From NCBI GenBank assembly GCA_035654135.1, contig DASRXN010000065.1, positions 1 through 63,228 on the forward strand: a stretch of DNA of 63,228 nucleotides, written 5' to 3'. The notes beneath the pieces are model-generated. The model ran no database searches, had not been told where the DNA came from, and saw only the letters and a list, made by a program, of their open reading frames with translations. Shown one piece after another: positions 40,573-52,028 of this stretch. A program made the translations under genes and the position numbers. This stretch comes from Rhodocyclaceae bacterium. GTDB lineage: Bacteria; Pseudomonadota; Gammaproteobacteria; Burkholderiales; Rhodocyclaceae. Numbering within the stretch: position 1 is the stretch's first letter; each line of letters opens with the position of its first letter.

Positions 40573-41576
40573 GCGGCCTCTTCGTAGGACAGGCGTTCGT
40601 TGGCGGCGTGCGCAAGGAAGAACTCGTCGGTGGTCGCAAGTTGCGCGTCCATGGTGGTCAGCTGGTTCATGGCGTGACGGAAGCGCGCCGCCCCGTCGAT
40701 GCCCTTGGTGTACCAGCTGATGTGCTTGCGGGCGATCTTGGCGCCAGTCTCCTCGCCGTAGAAGGCATACAGGTCGGCCAGGTGGTCGCGCAGGATGCGG
40801 TGGATCTCGCCCGCAGTCGGCGCCGGCAGCAGGGTGCCGGTGTTCAGGTAATGCTCGATCTCGCGGAACAGCCAGGGCCTGCCCTGGGCGGCGCGGCCGA
40901 TCATCAGGCCGTCGGCCTTCGTGTGTTCGAGCACGAACTTCGCCTTCTGCGGCGTGGCGATATCGCCGTTGGCGATTACGGGAATCCTGACCAGCGTCTT
41001 CACCAGCGCGATGGTGTCGTATTCCGCTTCGCCCATGTACTGATCGGCGCGGGTGCGGCCATGGATGGCGATGGCGCGCACGCCGCATTCTTCGGCGATG
41101 CGGGCGATCTGCGGCGCGTTGCGGTTGTTGCGATCCCAGCCGGTGCGGAATTTGAGTGTCACCGGCGTATCCGGCACGGCATCGACGACGGCCGTCAGGA
41201 TGCGCGCGACCAGTGCCTCATCCTTCATCAGCGCCGAGCCGGACATGACATTGCAGACCTTCTTCGCCGGGCAGCCCATGTTGATGTCGATGATCTGGGC
41301 GCCATGGTCGGCATTGTGGCGCGCCGCCTCGGCCATCATCACCGGATCGGCGCCGGCGATCTGCACGGAGACCGGCTCGACCTCGCCCACGTGGTTGGCG
41401 CGCCGCAGCGTCTTGGCGCTGCCGTAGAGCAGGGAGTTGGAAGTCACCATCTCCGACACTGCCATGCCGGCGCCCATCTTCTTGCACAGTTGCCGGAAGG
41501 GGCGATCCGTGACCCCGGCCATGGGCGCGACGAAGAGATTGTTGCGGAGCGTGAAACCGAGGAACTGCATGGCCAA
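40569..41576 (-). CDS. dusB: tRNA-dihydrouridine synthase B
   Basis: 335 aa, LRNNLFVAPMAGVTDRPFRQLC...DINMGCPAKKV...; it lies upstream of fis. Confidence 0.92.
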   Translation of the reverse strand: MAMQFLGFTLRNNLFVAPMAGVTDRPFRQLCKKMGAGMAVSEMVTSNSLLYGSAKTLRRANHVGEVEPVSVQIAGADPVMMAEAARHNADHGAQIIDINMGCPAKKVCNVMSGSALMKDEALVARILTAVVDAVPDTPVTLKFRTGWDRNNRNAPQIARIAEECGVRAIAIHGRTRADQYMGEAEYDTIALVKTLVRIPVIANGDIATPQKAKFVLEHTKADGLMIGRAAQGRPWLFREIEHYLNTGTLLPAPTAGEIHRILRDHLADLYAFYGEETGAKIARKHISWYTKGIDGAARFRHAMNQLTTMDAQLATTDEFFLAHAANERLSYEEAA

Positions 41577-41653
41577 TCGAGCGTGGGCATTACGAAAGCG
41601 GGAAGGCGCGGATTCTACTCCAGGCGCCTAATTATTGTGCAGCGTCGGGATGG

Positions 41654-42730
41654 TTACCAGCCCCTTGCCCCGAACATCATCCGGCGGGCGACGAAGTGGC
41701 GGGCGGCCGGCAGCAGGTCGAGCGCCAGCAGTCCGGCGCCGCGGCCGTGCCGCAACAGCGGATTGTCGCTGCTGAACAGGCGCACCAGCGTATCGGTAAA
41801 GCCCATGGCGCCGCGGCGGTCGAGGTTGCGGCTGGCGGCATAGCGGGCGAGCAGTTCGGGGGCGCCAGGGTCCGCCGCATCGGCGAGGCAGCGCGCCAGT
41901 TCGAAGATGTCGCGTAGGGCGAGGTTGAAGCCCTGGCCGGCGACCGGGTGCAGCGTTTGGGCGGCATTGCCGATCCAGACCTGGCGTTCCGCCACGACTG
42001 ACTTTCGATAGCGCAGGCCGAGGGGAAAGACGAAGCGATCACTTACGGCCGTGAAGCGGACGCGGCTGCCGAAACGAGCCTGAAGTCTTTGCAGGAAGGC
42101 GCCGTCGGTTAGCGCGGCTACCGCGTCGGCCTCATGGTCGGCGCAGGTGAGCACGACTGCGTAGCCGTCGCGCCAAGGCAGCGCCGCGACCGGGCCTGCG
42201 GGCGTGAAGCGTTCCCAGGCGCGGCCGTGATGGCCTTCGTCGGCTGTGGCGGTGCAGATCACTGCATGCTGGCCGTAGTCCCGCATCGTGGCCGCATCGG
42301 CGTCGACCATGCCTTCGGCCCAGACGGTCAGGGCGGCATCGGGCCGCGCATCGACGCGGGTGTTGTCGTGAAACGGGATGTCGGCTCGTGCCAGGGCGAT
42401 TTCCAGGCTGGCAGCAAGATCGCCGGCGGCGAGCACGTAACCCAGCGCGGGCACCTGTTCATCCTCCGCACTGATGCGCGTGCGGCCGAGGCCGCCCTGA
42501 TGGGAGACATGGATCGTGGTGATGGCCGTGTGCGGAATGGCGGCCCAGACACCGAGACCTTCGAGGATCTGCCGGGCGCCATGCGAGAGGGCGAGGATGC
42601 GCTTGTCGGCCTTCGCCGCGCCGCGGGCGCGGGCGTCGAGGATTTCCGTTTCGACGCCCTGCCGGTGCAGCGCCAGCGCCAGGGCCATGCCGGCGGGACC
42701 GCCGCCGACGATGACGACTGGTGCGGTCAT
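41654..42730 (-). CDS. ubiH: FAD-dependent ubiquinone-biosynthesis hydroxylase (UbiH/UbiF/VisC/COQ6 family)
   Basis: Start at MTAPVVIVGGGPAGMALALAL (a GxGxxG FAD fold), with an ATGA overlap onto the pepP stop. The pepP-ubiH order matches E. coli. Which paralog it is remains uncertain. Confidence 0.8.
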   Translation of the reverse strand: MTAPVVIVGGGPAGMALALALHRQGVETEILDARARGAAKADKRILALSHGARQILEGLGVWAAIPHTAITTIHVSHQGGLGRTRISAEDEQVPALGYVLAAGDLAASLEIALARADIPFHDNTRVDARPDAALTVWAEGMVDADAATMRDYGQHAVICTATADEGHHGRAWERFTPAGPVAALPWRDGYAVVLTCADHEADAVAALTDGAFLQRLQARFGSRVRFTAVSDRFVFPLGLRYRKSVVAERQVWIGNAAQTLHPVAGQGFNLALRDIFELARCLADAADPGAPELLARYAASRNLDRRGAMGFTDTLVRLFSSDNPLLRHGRGAGLLALDLLPAARHFVARRMMFGARGW

Positions 42731-44054
42731 CGCTTGCCGTCCCGCATCAGGGCCTCGATGTCGGCGATGGTCTTCGGCGCGTCGATGGTGAGAATCTCGC
42801 AACCGGATGCCGTGACCAGGGCGTCGTCCTCGATGCGCACGCCGATGTTCCAGAACGCCTCGGGTACGTCTTCGGCCGGCCGGACGTAGCAGCCGGGCTC
42901 GACGGTCAGCACCATGCCGGCGGCCAGCGGGCGCCATTGATCGTTCGGCGGGTTGCCCTGCTTGTACTCGCCGGCGTCATGGACATCGCTGCCCAGCCAG
43001 TGGCTGGTCCGGTGCATGTAGAAGCGCTTGTAGCTTTCCGACTCGATGATGCTGTCGACATTGCCGGCGAGCAGCTTGAGGTCGATCATGCCCTGCGCCA
43101 GCACTTTCACCGCGGCATCGTGCGGCGCCATGAAGCTGGCGCCGGGCTTGATCACGGCGATCGCCGCGGCCTGGGCGTCGAGCACCAGTTGATAAATGTC
43201 GGCTTGCGGTCCCGAGAACTTGCCATTGACGGGAAAGCTGCGCGTGATGTCGGCGGCGTAGCCATCGAGCTCGCAGCCGGCGTCGATCAGCAGCAGCTCG
43301 CCCTCCTGCATGCGACGGCTGTTGTCCACGTAATGCAGCACGCAGGAATTGGCGCCGGAGGCGACGATCGAACTGTAGGCAGGATATTGACTGCCGCGCC
43401 GGCGGAACTCGTGAATCAGTTCGGCCTCGATTTCGTATTCGTAACGGCCTGGCGCCGCGGCACGCATGGCGCGCCGATGGGCATCGGTGGAAATGCTCGC
43501 GGCCTGCCGCATCAAGCCGATCTCGAAGCCATCTTTGATCAAGCGCATTTCGTCGAGCGTCGCGAGAATATCGTGGATTGCATGCGGCGCGCGCTTGCCG
43601 GCGCGGCTTTGGCGCGGACGGCATTCAGCGCCGCGGCGATGCGGCCGTCCCACTCGGCATCGTGGCCGAGCGAATGCCAGAGCGCGGGCTGGTTGGCGAT
43701 CAACTCGGCCAGCCTCGTGTCGAGTTCCTTGATCGAATGCGCTTCGTCGAAGCCGAAGGCTTCCCTTGCGCCATCGGGACCGTATCGGTAGCCGTCCCAG
43801 ATCTCCTTGTCTGGATCGCGGTCGCGGCAGAACAGGATGGACCTCGGCGCATCGCCGGCGACCAGTACCAGCACGGCCTCGGGTTCGGTGAAGCCGGTCA
43901 GGTAGTGGAAATAGCTGTCGGCACGGTAGGGATAGTGCGTGTCGCGGTTGCGCAGCTTTTCTGTGGCCGTCGGCAGGACGGCGACGCCTCCGCCATCGCT
44001 ATCCATGCGGTCGAGCAGGCAGCGGCGGCGGTCGATGAAGGACTGGATGTTCAT
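42727..44054 (-). pseudogene. pepP: Xaa-Pro aminopeptidase pepP, interrupted by a single frameshift
   Basis: The N-terminal 171-aa ORF (43539..44054; MNIQSFIDRRR...YPYRADSYFHYLTGF...) and the C-terminal ORF (42727..43653; ...HAIHDILATLDEMRLIKD...HYVDN...DAGCELDGYAADITRSFPVNGKF...HWLGSDVHD...TVEPG...IRIEDD) are both collinear with E. coli PepP. They lie in different frames and switch near 43600-43612. Confidence 0.8.
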
Positions 44055-44057
44055 GGT

Positions 44058-45733
<1,676 letters not shown>

Positions 45734-45812
45734 GCTGGGTGATCCGACTGAAATGCTAGAATTCGAATTCTATCATCGGCTTGCAGTGCGCTCCGGCGCG
45801 ACGAACGACAAG

Positions 45813-48026
45813 ATGCGGTTTCGCTGGCGCGCATATCTCGGCTGGGCATTCCTGAGCGTCATCGCGGGCGGCACGCTGGCTGCCGAGTCGACCACCGGAC
45901 CCACCTTCATCACGGCCGACGAAATTCGCGGTCGCAACGATGTCGAAACCATCGCCGAAGGCAAGGTCGAGGTGCGGCGCGACGACAGCATCATGACCAC
46001 CGATCGTGTGACCTACCGACATGCCGAGGACGAGACCGAGGCGGTCGGCAACGTGCGCCTCGTGCGCGACGATGACGTGATGTCCGGCCCGTACCTGCGT
46101 TTGAAGTCGAAGGAGAACGTGGGGTTCTTCGAACAGCCCGAGTACCTCTTCAAGCGGGTGCCCAAGAGCACATCGCCACTGGCCCTGCCGCGCGCGCCGG
46201 AGACGGGCAGCGGCCATGCCAGCCGGATCGACTTCGTAGGCGAGGGCCTCTATCGGCTCAAGTCGGCGACCTACAGCACCTGTTCGCCGGCGAAGCGCGA
46301 CTGGTACGTCGAAGCGGACGAAATCGATCTCGATTACAACCGCGAGGCCGGCGAGGCATCGAGCAGCAAGATCTATTTCAAGGACACGCCGATTCTTTAC
46401 TCGCCGTGGCTGAGCTTTTCGCTCAACCACAAGCGCCGGTCCGGCCTGCTGGCGCCAACCTTCGGCTCCAGCACCACCAGCGGCCTGGAACTGACCCTGC
46501 CCTGGTACTGGAATATCGCGCCCAACATGGACGCCACCATCGCGCCGCGCATCATGACCAAGCGCGGCCTCCAGTTGAATTCCGAGCTTCGCTATCTCGA
46601 TTACGCCTACAACGGCGAGGCACATCTTGAGTATCTGCCTGGCGATCAACTGGCCCATCGCGACCGGAGTGCATATTCGCTCATGCACAACCATGTGCTG
46701 GCTCCCGGCCTGACCGGCAACATCAACGTGAACGGCGCTTCCGACTATGCCTATTTTGCCGATCTGTCGTCGCGCGTCGCCATGGTTTCCCAGGCCAACC
46801 TGTTGCGGCAGGGCAGCCTGACCTATGGCGCCGACTGGTGGAGTGCGACGTTGATGGCGCAACGCTTTCAGACCCTGCAGGATCCGGCGGCGCCGGTGGC
46901 GGTACCCTACTATCGCTTGCCGCAGTTGACCGTGGCGGCAGCCCGGCCCGATCTGCCTGCCGGCCTTGCCTTCAATTTCGCCGGCGAATATGTTGACTTC
47001 AGCCATCCGACCCAGGTGATCGGCCAGCGCACGGTGCTCTACCCCCAAGTCTCGCTGCCGGTGCAGACAGCGGCCTTCTATGTCACGCCCAAGCTCGGCC
47101 TGCACATGACGCGTTACACCCTCGAGCGCCAGGCGGCCGGCGTGCCGGACCAGCAGAACCGGCAGATGCCGATCTTCAGCGTTGATTCGGGCGTCGTGTT
47201 CGAGCGTGGCGTCGACTGGTTCGGTCGTTCCCTGACCCAGACCCTCGAACCGAGGCTCTACTACCTCAAAGTGCCGAACCGGAACCAGGATCAGATCCCG
47301 GTGTTCGATTCTGGCGTCGCCGATTTCAACTTTGCGCAGATTTTCAGCGAGAACCGCTACGGCGGCAGCGATCGCATCGGCGACGCCAACCAGCTGACGG
47401 CGGCGGCGGTGTCTCGCCTGATCGATCCGGCCACGGGCGTCGAGTTGATGCGCGGTGCGGTCGGCCAGCGGATTTATTTCGGAGACCAGCAGGTAACCCT
47501 GCCTGGCGAGGTGCCGCGCACCAGCCGCAAATCCGATTTGCTGGCGGCTTTTTCCGGACGGGTGATGCCCAAGGTATTCGTCGATACCGGTTGGCAGCAC
47601 AGCCTGGATCTCGATCGCACGGAGCGTTTCAATCTTAGCGGGCGTTACCAGCCGGAAAGCGACAAGGTGCTGAATGCAGGCTATCGCTATACGCGCGACC
47701 AATTCCGTCAGATTGATGTCTCCGGCCAGTGGCCCGTGGGCGGCGGCTGGTACGGCGTCGGTCGCTACAACTATTCGCTCAAGGATCGCCGCGTCATCGA
47801 GAGCCTGGCTGGCTTCGAGTATGATGCTGGCTGCTGGGTGGCACGCTTCGTCCTGCATCGGCTGGCAACGCTCACGGCGCAGACCTCGACCACCTTCTTC
47901 GTGCAACTCGAACTGAACGGTCTGGCCCGTATCGGGTCGAACCCGCTGGAAATGCTCAAGCGCAACGTGCCTGGCTACGGCATCATCAATCAGCCGACGG
48001 CCGATCCCGTATTTGGTGCCTACTGA
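45813..48026 (+). CDS. lptD: LPS-assembly outer-membrane protein LptD
   Basis: The ATG at 45813 gives MRFRWRAYLGWAFLSVIAGGTLAAE (signal peptide). An OstA N-domain follows (ITADEIRGRNDVETIAEGKVEVRRDD), then a large beta-barrel region. The track start at 45753 is possible but less likely. Confidence 0.9.
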   Translation: MRFRWRAYLGWAFLSVIAGGTLAAESTTGPTFITADEIRGRNDVETIAEGKVEVRRDDSIMTTDRVTYRHAEDETEAVGNVRLVRDDDVMSGPYLRLKSKENVGFFEQPEYLFKRVPKSTSPLALPRAPETGSGHASRIDFVGEGLYRLKSATYSTCSPAKRDWYVEADEIDLDYNREAGEASSSKIYFKDTPILYSPWLSFSLNHKRRSGLLAPTFGSSTTSGLELTLPWYWNIAPNMDATIAPRIMTKRGLQLNSELRYLDYAYNGEAHLEYLPGDQLAHRDRSAYSLMHNHVLAPGLTGNINVNGASDYAYFADLSSRVAMVSQANLLRQGSLTYGADWWSATLMAQRFQTLQDPAAPVAVPYYRLPQLTVAAARPDLPAGLAFNFAGEYVDFSHPTQVIGQRTVLYPQVSLPVQTAAFYVTPKLGLHMTRYTLERQAAGVPDQQNRQMPIFSVDSGVVFERGVDWFGRSLTQTLEPRLYYLKVPNRNQDQIPVFDSGVADFNFAQIFSENRYGGSDRIGDANQLTAAAVSRLIDPATGVELMRGAVGQRIYFGDQQVTLPGEVPRTSRKSDLLAAFSGRVMPKVFVDTGWQHSLDLDRTERFNLSGRYQPESDKVLNAGYRYTRDQFRQIDVSGQWPVGGGWYGVGRYNYSLKDRRVIESLAGFEYDAGCWVARFVLHRLATLTAQTSTTFFVQLELNGLARIGSNPLEMLKRNVPGYGIINQPTADPVFGAY

Positions 48027-48035
48027 CCCATCGCC

Positions 48036-49343
48036 ATGAAACGTCACTTTCTTATCGCTCTCTCTTTTCTCGCAATCCATCCGGCGCTCGCGCTCGCGCA
48101 GGCGGCTCGTACGCGACCGGTCGAGGCCGACCGGATTGTCGCCGTCGTCAACAGCGAAGCGATTACGCTGTTCGAGCTGCGCTCCCGGCTGGCCATGGTC
48201 GAACGCCAGTTGCGGGGCCAGAACGTGCAGCTGCCACCGCGGGAAGTCATTGAAAAGCAGTTGCTCGAACGCATGATCGTCGACCGTGCGCAAATGCAGT
48301 TCGCCAAGGAAACGGGACTGCAGGTGACCGATGGCGATGTGGACGCCGCCCTGCGCCGTATTGCCGAAAGCAATCGCATGGCACTACCCGACTTCAGGCA
48401 GGCGCTCGAGCGCGACGGCGTCGCCTGGGGCAAGTTCCGCGAGGAGGTCCGCCAGGAAATCACCATTGCCCGCCTGCGCGACCGCGAGGTGGATAACCGC
48501 GTCACGATTTCCGAAGGCGAGATCGACAATTACCTCGACAATACCGCTCGCCCGGGTGGTGGCGAGGAAGTGGTGCAGCTCGCGCACATCATCGTCCGGG
48601 TACCGGAACAGGCCAATGCCCAGCAGCTGGCGGGCATCCGGGCGCGTGCCGAGCAGGCTGCGCAGCAATTGCAAAAGGGCGAGGACTTCGGCCGCGTTGC
48701 CGCCAGCTTTTCCGATGCGCCCGACGGCCTTTCCGGCGGCGTCATGGAGCCACGGCCAACGGATCGGCTGCCGGCGCTTTATGCCGAGGCGGTGCAGACG
48801 CTCAAACCCGGTGAAACCAGCGGCATACTCAGAAGCCCGGCCGGTTTCCACATTGTCCGGCTACTGGAACGGCGCGGCGGCGCGATGCAGGTGCAGGCGC
48901 TGAAACAGACGCATGCGCGGCATATCCTGATCAAGGTGAATGAACTGGTGTCGGACACCGAGGCGAAGCACCGTCTGGTGACACTGAAGGAACGACTGGA
49001 CAATGGCGGTGATTTTGCCGAACTGGCACGACTGCATTCCAACGACCTCTCGGCGGCCAAGGGCGGAGACCTGGGCTGGCTCTACCAGGGCGATACCGTG
49101 CCCGACTTCGAGAAGGCCATGGATGCGCTCAAGATCGGCGAGACCAGCGAACCGGTGCGCTCGCCGTTCGGCTGGCATCTGATCCAGGTGCTCGAACGGC
49201 GCACCGAAGATGCCTCCAAGGAGCGCCGGCGTCTGATGGCGCGCCAGGCCCTGCGCGAGCGCAAGTCGGACGAGGCCTATCAGGAATGGTTGCGCCAGAT
49301 GCGCGATCGGGCGTACGTGGAATCTCGCCTCGAAGACAAGTAA
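48036..49343 (+). CDS. surA: periplasmic chaperone / peptidyl-prolyl isomerase SurA
   Basis: 435 aa with a signal peptide, an N-terminal SurA domain and two parvulin-type PPIase domains (ARHILIKV...GGDLGW...). Confidence 0.92.
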   Translation: MKRHFLIALSFLAIHPALALAQAARTRPVEADRIVAVVNSEAITLFELRSRLAMVERQLRGQNVQLPPREVIEKQLLERMIVDRAQMQFAKETGLQVTDGDVDAALRRIAESNRMALPDFRQALERDGVAWGKFREEVRQEITIARLRDREVDNRVTISEGEIDNYLDNTARPGGGEEVVQLAHIIVRVPEQANAQQLAGIRARAEQAAQQLQKGEDFGRVAASFSDAPDGLSGGVMEPRPTDRLPALYAEAVQTLKPGETSGILRSPAGFHIVRLLERRGGAMQVQALKQTHARHILIKVNELVSDTEAKHRLVTLKERLDNGGDFAELARLHSNDLSAAKGGDLGWLYQGDTVPDFEKAMDALKIGETSEPVRSPFGWHLIQVLERRTEDASKERRRLMARQALRERKSDEAYQEWLRQMRDRAYVESRLEDK

Positions 49344-50299
49344 TGTTGCCGGCTCTTGCCATCACGTCGGGCGAGCCGGCCGGCATCGGTCCGGACATTT
49401 GCCTGGCGCTCGCGAAGTGGCAGCAAGGGTCAGTCGTGGCGGCACGCCTCATCGTGTTCGGCGACCGCGATCTGCTGCAACAGCGCGCGCGGCAACTGGG
49501 CGTCGATATCGCCGGACTGGACATCCGCCACGTACCGCTGCGCGCGCCGGTCGTCGCCGGCAGACTCGATACCGCCAATGCCCGCTACGTGCTCGATATT
49601 CTCGACGCGGCGATCGACGGTTGCGAGAATGGTGAATTCGCCGCCATGGTCACGGCGCCGGTGCACAAGGGCGTCATCAACGACGCCGGCATTCCTTTCA
49701 CAGGCCATACCGAGTATCTCGCCGAGAAAACCGGTACGCCGCGCGTCGTCATGATGCTGGCCGGCACCGGCGAACAGGCCGGCCTGCGGGTGGCGCTGGC
49801 GACGACGCACCTGCCCTTGAAGGACGTACCGGCGGCGATCACCCAAGAGGACCTGACGACCACGATCCGGATATTGCACGGCGATCTGATTGGCAAGTTC
49901 GGCTTCGCCCATCCGCGCATCCTGGTGGCCGGCCTCAATCCGCACGCCGGTGAAGGTGGCCATCTGGGCCGCGAGGAGATCGAGATCATCAAGCCCGTGC
50001 TGGATCGGCTGCGGGCCGAGGGCATGAACCTGATTGGTCCGCTGCCCGCCGATACGCTGTTCACGCGCAAGGTGCTGGCGGGATCGGACGCGCAACTGGC
50101 GATGTACCACGACCAGGGCCTGCCGGTATTGAAGTATGCCGCCTTCGAAGAAGGCATCAACATCACCCTCGGCCTGCCCATCCTGCGCACCTCCGTTGAT
50201 CACGGCACGGCGCTCGATCTGGCCGGTACCGGTCGCGCCGATCCGCGCAGCCTGTTCGCGGCAGTGAGGCTCGCCGCAGAAATCGTCGCCCGGCGATGA
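49343..50299 (+). CDS. pdxA: 4-hydroxythreonine-4-phosphate dehydrogenase
   Basis: ATG at 49343 overlaps the surA TAA (TAATG). The protein reads [19 protein letters not shown]...[23 protein letters not shown]...[10 protein letters not shown]. Confidence 0.92.
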   Translation: MLPALAITSGEPAGIGPDICLALAKWQQGSVVAARLIVFGDRDLLQQRARQLGVDIAGLDIRHVPLRAPVVAGRLDTANARYVLDILDAAIDGCENGEFAAMVTAPVHKGVINDAGIPFTGHTEYLAEKTGTPRVVMMLAGTGEQAGLRVALATTHLPLKDVPAAITQEDLTTTIRILHGDLIGKFGFAHPRILVAGLNPHAGEGGHLGREEIEIIKPVLDRLRAEGMNLIGPLPADTLFTRKVLAGSDAQLAMYHDQGLPVLKYAAFEEGINITLGLPILRTSVDHGTALDLAGTGRADPRSLFAAVRLAAEIVARR

Positions 50300-51066
50300 A
50301 GGGGCACGCACCTCGAAAGAGGTTCGGACAGAATTTCCTCGTCTCGCCCGGTGTCATCCGCAACATCGTCGAGGCCATCGCGCCGCGCGCCGGCGACGTC
50401 ATCGTCGAAATTGGCCCCGGTTTGGGCGCACTCACTGAACCGCTGCTGGAAAAGATCGATCACCTGCATGTGGTCGAGATCGATCGCGACCTGATCGCCC
50501 GTCTGCGCCAGCGTTTTGCGCCCGAGCGGCTGACGATACACGAGGGCGACGCGCTGGAATTCGATTTCAGTAGCCTGGGTGGGAGCCTGCGTGTGGTCGG
50601 CAATCTGCCCTACAATATTTCGACGCCGCTGCTCTTTCATCTCGCCAATTTCGCTGATTCGGTGCGCGACATGCACTTCATGCTGCAGAAGGAAGTGGTG
50701 GACCGCATGGTGGCGGCACCGGGCACGGCCGACTATGGCCGGCTGTCTGTGATGCTGCAATACCGCTTCGACATGGAGCGCCTGTTCGTCGTGCCGCCCG
50801 GCGCTTTCAATCCGGCGCCCAAGGTCGATTCCGCCATTGTCCGGCTGCTGCCGAAGCCGAAGGCGGCGCTTGCAGCTCGTGACGAGGCATTGCTGGCGAA
50901 GCTTGTGCTGGCCGCCTTCGGACAGCGGCGCAAGATGCTGCGCAACAACCTGCGTGATTTGGTCGACGAACCGAGGTTGATCGCGGCCGGCATAGCGCCC
51001 ACGGCGCGTGCCGAGGAACTGGCGGTGACGGATTACGTGCGGCTGGCGAATTCGCTGGCCAAATGA
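50296..51066 (+). CDS. rsmA: 16S rRNA (adenine1518/1519-N6)-dimethyltransferase
   Basis: ATGA overlap with pdxA. The protein reads [10 protein letters not shown]...[16 protein letters not shown]...[10 protein letters not shown]. Confidence 0.92.
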   Translation: MKGHAPRKRFGQNFLVSPGVIRNIVEAIAPRAGDVIVEIGPGLGALTEPLLEKIDHLHVVEIDRDLIARLRQRFAPERLTIHEGDALEFDFSSLGGSLRVVGNLPYNISTPLLFHLANFADSVRDMHFMLQKEVVDRMVAAPGTADYGRLSVMLQYRFDMERLFVVPPGAFNPAPKVDSAIVRLLPKPKAALAARDEALLAKLVLAAFGQRRKMLRNNLRDLVDEPRLIAAGIAPTARAEELAVTDYVRLANSLAK

Positions 51067-51093
51067 AAGCGGCCCGCCGGGGCGGGCCGCTTT
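51066..51093. terminator. bidirectional hairpin between rsmA (+) and the DUF2892 gene (-)
   Basis: Perfect 12-bp stem AAAGCGGCCCGC / GCGGGCCGCTTT with a 4-nt loop. It is flanked by T/A runs on both strands. Confidence 0.6.
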
Positions 51094-51110
51094 CAGGAAG
51101 GGCAGTCTGC

Positions 51111-51302
51111 CTAGGCCTTCTTCGCCGGACAGGTATTCATGCCCAGGATCGGGTACAACGGGCAGAAGCCGATCAGACCAGTACCCAGCGGCACGACGCC
51201 GATCCAGGCCCAGACGGGGCCGCCGAGCACGGCCCAGGCCACCAGGGCCAGACCGACGACAATGCGCAGGATGCGATCGATACCGCCGACGTTAAATTTC
51301 AT
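51111..51302 (-). CDS. DUF2892 (YgaP-like) small membrane protein
   Basis: 63 aa, MKFNVGGIDRILRIVVGLALVAWAVLGGPVWAWIGVVPLGTGLIGFCPLYPILGMNTC. This is the typical DUF2892 pattern. Confidence 0.7.
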   Translation of the reverse strand: MKFNVGGIDRILRIVVGLALVAWAVLGGPVWAWIGVVPLGTGLIGFCPLYPILGMNTCPAKKA

Positions 51303-51377
51303 GCTTGACCTCCAGGGTGGTTGAGGGACGACGGGACGAATTTCATCACGCCCCGGCGCTGGCGTCTGTAACCAAAG

Positions 51378-52028
51378 TCACGCAGCCGCCAGTTTTCGCA
51401 ATCCCGCCGGATCGAGTATCTCCACCTGTTCGCGGGAAAGGCGCACCAGGTCCTGCTCGGCGAATCCTTTGAGCAGGCGGCTCACCATCTCGCGCACGCT
51501 GCCCAGTTCGTCGGCGAGTTGCTGGTGGGTGGCCTTGATGATCCTGCCTTTGCCCAGCAGCAAGCCGGCCAGTCGCTGATCGAGCTTGCGGAAGGCGACT
51601 TCCTCGATCAGTTGCATCAGGTCGGCGATGCGCTCGGAAAACAGGTGGAAGACGAAGTCGCGGAAGGCCGGTTCGGCGAGCAGTTCATCGAACAGGCCAC
51701 GCGGCAGCAGCACCAGTGTCGTTTCAGACTCGGTGACGCCACGGGCGTTGTAGTCGGCGTGGCCAAGCAGGCAACTCGAGGAGATGATGCACGATTCGCC
51801 AGGCAGTACGCGGTAGAGGGGCAGTTCGCGGCCGTTGGCGGCCGGCTTGACGACGCGGATGCCGCCGGCAAGCACGAAGGGGAAGCCCTGGCAGGGCTGA
51901 TGCTCGTCGAACAGAACCGCTCCTGCGGGGACGGTGACGGTCTGCACCTGGGCCAGAACCTTGCCGCCCAGCGCGGCAGGCAACTTCGCCAGTACCGGAT
52001 AGAGTTCGCTCAGCGGTTGCGCGTTCAT
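51378..52028 (-). CDS. Crp/Fnr-family transcriptional regulator
   Basis: 216 aa from MNAQPLSELYP. It has a cNMP-binding-like beta-barrel (GAVLFDEHQPCQGFPFVLAGGIRVV...RELPLYRVLPGESC) and a C-terminal HTH (THQQLADELGSVREMVSRLLKGFAEQDLV). There is no N-terminal Fnr Cys cluster. The ATG overlaps the xthA stop (ATGA). Confidence 0.8.
   Translation of the reverse strand: MNAQPLSELYPVLAKLPAALGGKVLAQVQTVTVPAGAVLFDEHQPCQGFPFVLAGGIRVVKPAANGRELPLYRVLPGESCIISSSCLLGHADYNARGVTESETTLVLLPRGLFDELLAEPAFRDFVFHLFSERIADLMQLIEEVAFRKLDQRLAGLLLGKGRIIKATHQQLADELGSVREMVSRLLKGFAEQDLVRLSREQVEILDPAGLRKLAAA

Noticed and set aside
43595-43615. Programmed ribosomal frameshifting as the explanation for the split pepP.
   Set aside because: There is no slippery heptamer and no obvious downstream stimulatory structure, and pepP is not a known recoding gene. 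A one-base deletion or a sequencing error is the simpler explanation.
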